From an uncultured Nitrospinaceae bacterium (lineage in GTDB: Bacteria > UBA8248): a stretch of 64,000 nucleotides of DNA. Location: assembly GCA_964005815.1 (NCBI GenBank), contig CAXFSR010000043.1, forward strand, positions 164,697-228,696, written 5' to 3'. Within the stretch, counting starts at the first letter, position 1; each line of letters opens with the position of its first letter. The position numbers and the translations under genes are program-made. A model generated the notes under the pieces. The model made no database searches, was not told the origin of the DNA, and saw nothing but the letters and a program-made list of their open reading frames with translations. Shown here piece by piece: positions 28,649 through 36,844 of this stretch.

Positions 28649-29371
28649 ATGGAAAAATTTCATCCTTTTTTATACATAGACTTCTTCCCTGCTCTTGCTG
28701 ATTTCCCAAATGTCACATACACATGGACAGTAATGGTAGTAGTATTATTAGTTTCCTTTCTTACAACTAGAGTCCTTCAAGTAATTCCTGTAGGAAAACA
28801 AAATGTTATAGAAACACTCTTTGATGCTGTTTTTAGTTTTATGGAAGGACCACTTGGCGAAGAAGGAAAAAAATATTTTCCATTAGTTCTTGCTTTAGGA
28901 ATATATATTTTCTTATCTAATCTAATTGGAATTCTACCTGGCTTTATGGCTCCAACCAGCAATATTAACACAAACTTAGGTTGCGCGCTTACCGTATTTC
29001 TCGCAACTCATTATGTAGGATTTCAAAAAAGTGGTTGGGCTTATTTAAAACATTTCACTGGTCCTATTATGTGGCTTGCGCCACTAATGGTACCTATAGA
29101 GATTATTTCTCATTTTGCTCGCCCACTGTCTCTGACTCTTAGACTTTTTGGTAATATTACAGGAGAAGAACTCGTTCTTGGTGTTTTAATGCTTCTTTGT
29201 TTCCAAGTGCTTTTGCCTATTCCTTGGGCTATGCAGATGTTTATTATTTTTGGTAGTTTTATACAAACTTTTGTTTTTGTTCTATTAACAATGATATATA
29301 TAGCAGGTTCATTAGAAGGACATGATCACGACGACGAACACCATGGAGAGTTAGAAACTCATCCAGTTTAA
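28649..29371 (+). CDS. atpB: F0 ATP synthase subunit a
   Basis: APTSNIN, RPLSLTLRLFGNI, IQTFVFVLLT; His/acidic C-terminal tail. Confidence 0.96.
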   Translation: MEKFHPFLYIDFFPALADFPNVTYTWTVMVVVLLVSFLTTRVLQVIPVGKQNVIETLFDAVFSFMEGPLGEEGKKYFPLVLALGIYIFLSNLIGILPGFMAPTSNINTNLGCALTVFLATHYVGFQKSGWAYLKHFTGPIMWLAPLMVPIEIISHFARPLSLTLRLFGNITGEELVLGVLMLLCFQVLLPIPWAMQMFIIFGSFIQTFVFVLLTMIYIAGSLEGHDHDDEHHGELETHPV

Positions 29372-29409
29372 TTAAGGCTTAATTTCGTTTTTTTTATTAC
29401 TACAAGGAG

Positions 29410-29730
29410 ATGAAAGTAATGAAACGGTTGGCAATTTTCTATGCAGTTTTCGCATCATTCTTCGCTATGGCCACAGAAGCTTTTGCAGCAACTGCGGCAG
29501 ATTCAGAAGTATTGCAATGGAGAATAATCTCTTCCTCATTTGCACTTGCAATCGCAGCAGCAGCTGGTGCTATTTCCCAAGGATGGAGTATCACTAGTGC
29601 TTTAAGTGGAACAGCTAGGAATCCAGGAGCAGGTGCAGACCTAAGAGTATCCATGATTATTGGTCTTGCACTTATTGAGTCACTGGTAATTTACACATTC
29701 GTTATTTGTTTAATTATCATTCTGGGTTAA
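29410..29730 (+). CDS. atpE: F0 ATP synthase subunit c with N-terminal leader-like extension
   Basis: ARNP loop, GLALIESLVIY with the ion-binding Glu. Confidence 0.95.
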   Translation: MKVMKRLAIFYAVFASFFAMATEAFAATAADSEVLQWRIISSSFALAIAAAAGAISQGWSITSALSGTARNPGAGADLRVSMIIGLALIESLVIYTFVICLIIILG

Positions 29731-29738
29731 ATTTTATT

Positions 29739-29772
29739 TTAGCAGGAAGGAGAAGTTTCTCTTTCCTGCTAA
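29739..29772 (+). terminator. Hairpin (likely intrinsic terminator) after atpE
   Basis: TTAGCAGGAAGGAGAA / TTCTCTTTCCTGCTAA stem with one G-U pair, followed by T-rich sequence. Confidence 0.75.
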
Positions 29773-29811
29773 GTTTCACATCCTTTTTATCGTCTCGAAA
29801 AAAATCCAGAG

Positions 29812-30540
29812 ATGTCTAAATTAAATCTTAAAGATAAATGGATATTGAGTTTTGACGTATCAATAACTCCAGGACAGATCACATTTTTAAATTGTAATGA
29901 CAAATCCTCAATTACGGAAGAACTAGACAAGAATCAAAAGATTTCCAGAACTTTATTGCCTCTAGTCCAAGAAAAAATAGAAAAATTAAAATTAAACACA
30001 GAAAACTTATGTGCTATTGGATTTTCTACTGGACCTGGTTCTTATATGAGTCTGCGAATTGGAATCTCTACTGCCAAAGGTATTGCTCTAAGTTTAGATT
30101 GTCCTATTTTAGGATTTTCATCTTTAGAAATTCTTGTAAAAGATGCTATAAAAAATCATCTGGAGAATTCTAGACTTACTACCGAATCATTAATTTGCAT
30201 AAGAGGTGCGGATAAAGAGAATATTTTCTTCGCTAAATTTGAATTATTTAGAGAAGAAAATAAAGATGGTTTTTATTACAAAAGAAATACAGATGACAAA
30301 TTGATTGACTTTAATGAATTTGCAATTGAAGACGAACAAAATACAATTTTAATTTATTCTTCTATTAACGAAGAAAAAATAAGTCTTCTTAAAATGAAAC
30401 ATGAGAATATCTTATTTCTTCCAATAAATACGTCTTCACTCTCTGTTGCTCTATCTACACTAGATAAAATTAAAAAAGGCAAATTACAAGAAAATAAAAA
30501 TTTGTTGCCAACTTATTGCCGAGATGTAAAATTAGGATGA
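29812..30540 (+). CDS. tsaB: tRNA t6A biosynthesis protein TsaB (divergent)
   Basis: STGPGSYMSLRIGISTAKGIA, GFSSLEIL, LPTYCR. Confidence 0.85.
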   Translation: MSKLNLKDKWILSFDVSITPGQITFLNCNDKSSITEELDKNQKISRTLLPLVQEKIEKLKLNTENLCAIGFSTGPGSYMSLRIGISTAKGIALSLDCPILGFSSLEILVKDAIKNHLENSRLTTESLICIRGADKENIFFAKFELFREENKDGFYYKRNTDDKLIDFNEFAIEDEQNTILIYSSINEEKISLLKMKHENILFLPINTSSLSVALSTLDKIKKGKLQENKNLLPTYCRDVKLG

Positions 30541-30560
30541 CTTACAATCGCTAAAGACAC

Positions 30561-30588
30561 TTGACGAAAAAATAGTAATCGTTAGAAT
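30561..30588 (+). promoter_or_regulatory. Sigma70-like promoter
   Basis: TTGACG-N16-TAGAAT upstream of 30650. Confidence 0.45.
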
Positions 30589-30649
30589 TCAATTCATATA
30601 TTTAAATTTTCAATCTTTACTTTCAAACATCACAATCACTAGGAGAAAA

Positions 30650-30865
30650 ATGACAAATCAAACCGTTAATGATGAAGAAATAAATAATGAAGAGAATAAT
30701 GTTTTAACCCTCCAAACTACTCATCTTCAGTTGGAAAGTGAGCTTTCCGTTTTGGAAAAACAAAGATTTTTAACTGCCGATGAAGAGCAAAAAATCAAAG
30801 AGTTAAAGAAAAAAAAGCTAGCAATTAAAACTCAAATTGAAAAAATGAATGAAGAAAGTAACTAA
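30650..30865 (+). CDS. DUF465 (YdcH-like) small coiled-coil protein
   Basis: HLQLESEL..LTADEE..IKELKKKKLAIKTQI; AGGAG RBS. Confidence 0.75.
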   Translation: MTNQTVNDEEINNEENNVLTLQTTHLQLESELSVLEKQRFLTADEEQKIKELKKKKLAIKTQIEKMNEESN

Positions 30866-30915
30866 ATCCTTATAATTCAAGTACTTACACTAATTCACAT
30901 TACCTCCCTAGTAGC

Positions 30916-30945
30916 TTGACCTATTTTACTATAGAAGAGTAAAAT
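30916..30945 (+). promoter_or_regulatory. Sigma70-like promoter of the ilv operon with 8-7-8 inverted repeat
   Basis: TTGACC-N18-TAAAAT; ATTTTACT-N7-AGTAAAAT at 30923-30945. Confidence 0.55.
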
Positions 30946-31015
30946 CCGGCTGAAGTTATTTGTAACTTTAGAATTTAATCTCGTAATAAGATAGTTTTTT
31001 TATAAGAGGATTGAT

Positions 31016-32773
31016 ATGACCGCTAAAAAGGTGAATCAAATCAATGAAACTGAGTTATCTGGTGCTGAGCTTATTTATAGGAGTTTAGCTAGAGAGAAGG
31101 TAGAGTTCATTTTTGGTCACCCTGGAGCCGTTTTACTGACTGTTTTAGATCTCTTCTTAAAGAGAAAAAATATAACTCATATTCTCACTAGACATGAGCA
31201 ATGTGCTGCGCATATGGCAGAGGGATACGCAAGAGCAAGCGGAAGAGTTGGAGTATGTCTTACTACTTCAGGACCTGGCGCAACAAATTTGGTTACTGGA
31301 ATAGCTGACGCCTATATGGATTCGATCCCACTAGTTTGCATCACTGGACAGGTGGCAACATCGATGGTTGGAAATGACGCTTTTCAAGAAGCAGACATTA
31401 TAGGAATGACTCGCACTGTAACTAAACATAGTTACTTGATTAAAAGTACAAAGGACTTGTCAAAGATTTTTCAGGAAGCATTCCATATTTCACGAACCGG
31501 CCGACCTGGTCCTGTACTAATAGATATCCCTAAAGATGTCATCTTAGGAAGTGCAAAAGAAACAATTAATCCAAAAATAATCATTAGAGGGTACAAACCA
31601 ACTACACAAGGACATCCACGACAAATAAAAAGAGTTTCAGAGGCAATCAAAAATTCCAAACAACCTTTATTATACGTTGGAGGAGGAGCTATACACTCAA
31701 ACGCACATAAAGAATTGTTGTCACTAGCGAAAAAAGCAGATATACCAGTCACATGGACCTTAATGGGTGCAGGAGCTTTTCCTAATAACCACAAACTTTC
31801 TTTAGGTATGTTGGGAATGCATGGAACTGCCTATGCCAATTATTCAGTTGCAGAATGCGATCTTTTAATAGCAGTTGGTGCAAGATTTGACGACAGAGTA
31901 ACTGGAAAAATCTCTGAATTTGCTAAAAATGCGAAAATTGTCCACATAGATATAGATCCAACTGCTATTGGTAAAAACAAACATGCTGATATACCAGTAG
32001 TAGGAGATGCAAAATCAATACTTTCTGAAATAAATAAATCGGTCAAATCGCAAACTAGACCACTGTGGATCAAAAAAACCCAAAACTTAATGAAAAAATA
32101 CCCTCTTAATTTCAACTCTGAGAAGGGAAAGCCTATTAAACCTCAGGAGGCTATTGTCACGCTTAGTGATGAAGTTGGAGACAAAGCAATTATCACAACT
32201 GAGGTCGGTCAACATCAGATGTGGGCTGCTCAGTTTTATAACTGTACTTTTCCTAGGCAATTTATATCATCTGGTGGTTTAGGTACTATGGGTTTCGGTT
32301 TTCCTGCCGCTATTGGTGCTGCACTAGCTAGACCCGACAAAATAGCAATCGATATTGCTGGTGATGGAAGTTTTCAAATGGTTTCTCAAGAATTAGCAAC
32401 AGCGGTACAATACAAAATTAACGTTAAAATTTTTATTTTAAACAATGCAAATTTAGGTATGGTCAGGCAATGGCAAGACCTATTTATGGACAGAAGATTC
32501 AGTGAAGTAGAATTAGACTGTTCGCCAAATTATGTAAAACTTGCAGAAGCGTACGGCGCAAAAGGTCTTTCAATTTCAAAAACAACTGAACTTCGTCCGG
32601 CAATTAAGAAAATGGTAACTACACCAGGACCGTTCATACTTGATGTCAATGTAGATCCGGATGAATTGGTATTTCCTATGATTCCTGCTGGGGGTAGCAC
32701 AAAAGACATGATCGTTTATGACTCTAGAAAAGAAAAATTCAGCGCAAAATTAAGCGCACTTCCAGACAATTAG
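31016..32773 (+). CDS. ilvB: Acetolactate synthase large subunit, copy 1
   Basis: TRHEQ, TSGPGATN, DAFQEAD, RFDDRVTG, GDGSFQM..NN..LGMVRQWQ. Confidence 0.93.
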   Translation: MTAKKVNQINETELSGAELIYRSLAREKVEFIFGHPGAVLLTVLDLFLKRKNITHILTRHEQCAAHMAEGYARASGRVGVCLTTSGPGATNLVTGIADAYMDSIPLVCITGQVATSMVGNDAFQEADIIGMTRTVTKHSYLIKSTKDLSKIFQEAFHISRTGRPGPVLIDIPKDVILGSAKETINPKIIIRGYKPTTQGHPRQIKRVSEAIKNSKQPLLYVGGGAIHSNAHKELLSLAKKADIPVTWTLMGAGAFPNNHKLSLGMLGMHGTAYANYSVAECDLLIAVGARFDDRVTGKISEFAKNAKIVHIDIDPTAIGKNKHADIPVVGDAKSILSEINKSVKSQTRPLWIKKTQNLMKKYPLNFNSEKGKPIKPQEAIVTLSDEVGDKAIITTEVGQHQMWAAQFYNCTFPRQFISSGGLGTMGFGFPAAIGAALARPDKIAIDIAGDGSFQMVSQELATAVQYKINVKIFILNNANLGMVRQWQDLFMDRRFSEVELDCSPNYVKLAEAYGAKGLSISKTTELRPAIKKMVTTPGPFILDVNVDPDELVFPMIPAGGSTKDMIVYDSRKEKFSAKLSALPDN

Positions 32774-32783
32774 GAGATGTAGA

Positions 32784-34469
32784 TTGGAATTAAATGGTTC
32801 TCAAATAATGATAGAAGAACTAAAAGCTGGCGGTGTTGATATAGCTTTTGGTATTCCTGGCGGGGCAATCATGCCTTTTTATGACGAACTGCTGAAATCT
32901 GAATTCCCACATATTCTCACACGTCATGAACAAGGGGCAGCTCACATGGCTGATGGATATGCAAGAGTTAGCAATAAAATTGCAGCTGTAATCACAACTT
33001 CTGGGCCTGGTGCGACAAATCTAATTACTGGACTTGCTAATGCTCACATGGATTCTATTCCTATGATTGCAATTACAGGTCAAGTTGCTTCACCCATGAT
33101 TGGAACTGATGCATTCCAAGAAGCAGATACTTACGGTTGTTCGATCCCTGTAACAAAATATAATTGGTTAATTCAAAATGTTAATGATATTCAAAGAATT
33201 ACCAAAGAGGCGATTAAAATTGCTACTACTGGAAGACCTGGGCCAGTCTTAATAGATTTTCCTAAAGATATACAAGTAGAAAAAACCACATACAAAAATT
33301 CAGAAAATATACAAGCGAAAGATTCTTTCGCAGAACTTTCAAAAGAAAGCTTAACAGAGATAGAAAAACTTATTTCTGCTCTAAAGAAATCAAAGAAGCC
33401 GCTCATTCTTGCTGGGGCAGGAATTCTTAAAGCTAAGGCATCAAATGAATTAACTAATTTTGCGAGAAATTCTGGAATCCCAGTCATAAATACTCTTTTA
33501 GGTCTTGGTGGATTTCCTGGGACAGATAGTCTCTTTCTTGGAATGCCTGGAATGCATGGAACTGCATATGCAAATTTCGCTCTCGAAGAATGTGATTTAC
33601 TGATAAATCTCGGAGGACGTTTTGACGATCGTGTTACTGGAAAAACTTCTGGGTTCTGCAAACAAGCCAAAATATGCCATGTTGATATAGACCCTGTAGA
33701 ACTTGGCAAAAGAATTTCTACTGATATTCCAATACTCGGCAATGTAAGAGAAGTTTTAAAAATTCTTAATGAAGATATTGGCGAACTACATTGTGAAGAA
33801 TGGCTACAAAAAATTAAAAATTGGAAATCTGATTTCCCTCTTAATTATAAAAATAATGGCCCTATCAAACCCCAGTACGTTATAGAGAAAATTCAAGAAT
33901 TAACTAATGGTGACGCAATTTATGCAACGGGAGTAGGACAACATCAGATGTGGGCCGCTCAATTCATTAGATTTAATGAACCCAATAGTTGGGTATCTTC
34001 CGGTGGACTAGGCACGATGGGTTTTGGCCTTCCCGCAGCCATAGGGGCAAAAATTGCTCGTCCAGAAAAAGAAGTTTGGCTCATCGATGGAGATGGAAGT
34101 TTCGCTATGACTTTAACTGAGTTAGCAACTGCCGCTCAGTATGGAATTCCTGTAAAAGTAGCCATACTAAATAATGGATATCTAGGGATGGTAAGGCAGT
34201 GGCAAGAACTATTCTTTGAAAAGAGATATTCACACTCTCATTACCCTAAGAATCCTGATTTCAAGGTAATTGCAGAAGGTTATGGTGTACACGGAATGGA
34301 TGTAAAATCTCCGAATGCAGTTTTACCCTCACTCGAAGAAGCATCCAGCATCAATGGTCCAGTCGTAATTAATTTTCATGTTGATCAAGGCGAAAATGTA
34401 TGGCCAATGGTTCCTGCGGGAGCAGCAAATAGTGAAATGCAATTAAAACAATCTGAATTGGAAAACTAA
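32784..34469 (+). CDS. ilvB: Acetolactate synthase large subunit, copy 2
   Basis: FGIPGGAIMPFYD, TRHEQGAAHMADGYAR, GDGSF..NNGYLGMVRQWQE. Confidence 0.93.
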   Translation: MELNGSQIMIEELKAGGVDIAFGIPGGAIMPFYDELLKSEFPHILTRHEQGAAHMADGYARVSNKIAAVITTSGPGATNLITGLANAHMDSIPMIAITGQVASPMIGTDAFQEADTYGCSIPVTKYNWLIQNVNDIQRITKEAIKIATTGRPGPVLIDFPKDIQVEKTTYKNSENIQAKDSFAELSKESLTEIEKLISALKKSKKPLILAGAGILKAKASNELTNFARNSGIPVINTLLGLGGFPGTDSLFLGMPGMHGTAYANFALEECDLLINLGGRFDDRVTGKTSGFCKQAKICHVDIDPVELGKRISTDIPILGNVREVLKILNEDIGELHCEEWLQKIKNWKSDFPLNYKNNGPIKPQYVIEKIQELTNGDAIYATGVGQHQMWAAQFIRFNEPNSWVSSGGLGTMGFGLPAAIGAKIARPEKEVWLIDGDGSFAMTLTELATAAQYGIPVKVAILNNGYLGMVRQWQELFFEKRYSHSHYPKNPDFKVIAEGYGVHGMDVKSPNAVLPSLEEASSINGPVVINFHVDQGENVWPMVPAGAANSEMQLKQSELEN

Positions 34470-34471
34470 AA

Positions 34472-34753
34472 ATGAGACAGGTTTTTTCTATACTAGTAAA
34501 CAATCATCCTGGAGTGCTTTCTCATGTCGCTGGTCTATTTACCAGACGAAGTTACAATATAGAAACAATAGTTGCTACACCAACAGAAGATCAAAAAATA
34601 ACTAAGATACTTATTATAAGTCAGGGTGAAGAAGATAAATTAAACCAGATCGCTAAACAACTTCGAAAACTCTACGACGTTAAACTTGTAGAAACAATTC
34701 CATACGACGCAGATCAAACAAAGGAACTTATTGTCTCTGTATTAAATACTTGA
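34472..34753 (+). CDS. ilvN: Acetolactate synthase small subunit, short ACT-only type
   Basis: ILVNNHPGVLSHVAGLFTRRSYNIE; 93 aa. Confidence 0.8.
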   Translation: MRQVFSILVNNHPGVLSHVAGLFTRRSYNIETIVATPTEDQKITKILIISQGEEDKLNQIAKQLRKLYDVKLVETIPYDADQTKELIVSVLNT

Positions 34754-34769
34754 ACATTCATCACCAATA

Positions 34770-35318
34770 ATGGAAAGTAAAATAATGTCAATTCCAGAGG
34801 AAAATAACTCTTTAGACACACCTCATACAATCGCAGTTTTAGTTGAAAACAAATTCGGTGTATTGGCTAAAGTTGCAAGCTTGTTTAGCGCCAGAGGTTA
34901 CAATATAGAAAGCCTATCTGTTGGAACGACCCAAGATCCCAGTGTATCAAGAATTACAATTATCACCTCTGGGGATTCCAGAATAGTAGAACAAATACGA
35001 AAACAATTAGGGAAACTCATTGATACCATTAAAGTAACTGAAATGAAGTATGGTGAAAGTATACAAAGAGAAATGATCCTAATGAAGGTGTCATCTTCAC
35101 ACGAAACAAGAGGTGAAATTCTTCAAATTGCAGATATTTTCCACTGTAAAGTCTTACAAATAACACCAAGTGAAATGATTTTAGAGACCACAGGAGACGA
35201 AGAAAAAATAAGCAATCTTATAGAACTATTACAACCATACAAAATCTCGGAAATCTCTAGAACTGGAAAAACTGCAATTTCAAAAGGTTCTATTATCCTG
35301 AAAAATGTCAAAAATTAG
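34770..35318 (+). CDS. ilvH: Acetolactate synthase small subunit, long type
   Basis: VLVENKFGVLAKVASLFSARGYNIESLSVG...EISRTGKTAI. Confidence 0.9.
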   Translation: MESKIMSIPEENNSLDTPHTIAVLVENKFGVLAKVASLFSARGYNIESLSVGTTQDPSVSRITIITSGDSRIVEQIRKQLGKLIDTIKVTEMKYGESIQREMILMKVSSSHETRGEILQIADIFHCKVLQITPSEMILETTGDEEKISNLIELLQPYKISEISRTGKTAISKGSIILKNVKN

Positions 35319-35970
35319 AATGTCAGATACCTCAAATAAAAATAGACCTTTAATTGCACGTGAGGGATGGAAATACATACTTTTTTTTCTGTCAATATCG
35401 CTACTACTTCTTTTTCTAAACACATATATTCCTTCTATTCTTATTTTTCTTTCAGCAATTGCGATTGGGGCATTTTTTAGAGACCCAAAAAGAAAAACTC
35501 CTCAAACAGCAGGATCCATTATTGCACCAGCAGATGGAAAAATAATCAATCTTCATAAAGATATAGACAATAATATTTGTTTAGGAATTTTTCTATCACC
35601 CTTAGATGTTCACATAAATCGCTCACCCGTATCTGGCAAAATAACAGAAATCAAATACTCCAAAGGAAATTTTGTAGCGGCCTACAAAAAAGATTCTTCT
35701 GAAATTAATGAAAAGAATACTATTGAAATAGAAACGGATTCAGGAGATAATTTCTTAGTTATTCAAATTGCCGGCTTTATTGCTCGCAGAATAGTTTGTT
35801 GGAAAAAAATAGGTGACCATATCAAAAAGGGAGAGAGATTCGGTCTTATCCAATTTGGTTCTAGGACTGATTTAATTATCCCTCCGGGTTATGAATCGTG
35901 TGTTTCCCTAGGAGATAGGGTTCGTGGAGGAGAAACAATTGTCGCAAAATCAGTTTCCTTCTCGTCTTAA
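35305..35970 (+). CDS. psd: Phosphatidylserine decarboxylase proenzyme
   Basis: FFRDPKR, APADG, FLSPLDVHINRSP, QIAGFIARRI, FGSRTD. Confidence 0.94.
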   Translation: MSKIRMSDTSNKNRPLIAREGWKYILFFLSISLLLLFLNTYIPSILIFLSAIAIGAFFRDPKRKTPQTAGSIIAPADGKIINLHKDIDNNICLGIFLSPLDVHINRSPVSGKITEIKYSKGNFVAAYKKDSSEINEKNTIEIETDSGDNFLVIQIAGFIARRIVCWKKIGDHIKKGERFGLIQFGSRTDLIIPPGYESCVSLGDRVRGGETIVAKSVSFSS

Positions 35971-36784
35971 GAATATAAAAAGAAGAAGACGAAGAAAAAT
36001 TAACTCGAAAAATCATAAATTAAAAAAAGGCATATACCTTTTGCCTAACTTATTAACTACGGGCGGTCTTTTTGCAGGCTTTTATTCAATAATTGCAGCA
36101 ATAAATAATGACTTCTTCTGGTCTTCGTTATCTATTCTTATTGCAATATTACTTGATGGGATGGATGGAGCTGTCGCTAGAAAAACTAAAACTACTAGTT
36201 CCTTCGGAATTCAGTATGATTCCATGTGCGATTTAGTAACATTCGCAATTGCTCCGAGTTTATTGATTTACATTTGGGCACTTTCGCCCTTCGGAAGAAT
36301 TGGATGGCTAGCTGCATTTGTTTTTTCAGCATGTGGTGCACTTAGATTAGCAAGATTTAATGTTATGGCTGATTCAGGAAAAACAAATGGAGACTTCAGA
36401 GGATTGCCTGTACCTGCTGCAGCTGGCCTTTTGGCATCTTTTGTATGCCTACTAGAAAATCCTACATACAAAACATATGTGCCAATGGAATCAATTGCAG
36501 TTATAGCGTACGTTCTTTCTTTCCTAATGGTAAGTACTATAAGATATAAGAAGATAGATATTTTAAACAGAAGACTGAAACATCCATTTAGAGCATCTAT
36601 AAGTGTAATCTTAATTTTATTTATGTCTGCTGCTGCACCTCAATTCATGGCATTCATAGTTATGAGTGTATTCTGTCTTTCTGGTCCTGTAATGATTATT
36701 TTCAAGAATAGGAAGGAAAGTAATTCTAACGAAGACCTCTATAAGCAAAATCAGGAAGGAGAACACGAGAAAAGTTGGAATTGA
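35924..36784 (+). CDS. pssA: CDP-diacylglycerol--serine O-phosphatidyltransferase
   Basis: LLPNLLT, DGMDGAVAR..FGIQYDSMCD, LRLARFN; start uncertain. Confidence 0.93.
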   Translation: MEEKQLSQNQFPSRLKNIKRRRRRKINSKNHKLKKGIYLLPNLLTTGGLFAGFYSIIAAINNDFFWSSLSILIAILLDGMDGAVARKTKTTSSFGIQYDSMCDLVTFAIAPSLLIYIWALSPFGRIGWLAAFVFSACGALRLARFNVMADSGKTNGDFRGLPVPAAAGLLASFVCLLENPTYKTYVPMESIAVIAYVLSFLMVSTIRYKKIDILNRRLKHPFRASISVILILFMSAAAPQFMAFIVMSVFCLSGPVMIIFKNRKESNSNEDLYKQNQEGEHEKSWN

Positions 36785-36844
36785 AAAGATTAAATTTTTC
36801 TAGAACCCAAACTAAAGAAATTAGAGAAAGATGGTCTATGTAGG

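Noticed and set aside
28046..29772. F0 genes without atpF/H/A/G/D/C as an incomplete ATP synthase
   Set aside because: Split atp operons are well known in several phyla; the rest is probably elsewhere
34472..34753. Short ilvN as a pseudogene or TGA read-through
   Set aside because: The ACT domain is complete, short AHAS regulatory subunits exist, and reading through TGA meets another stop within a few codons
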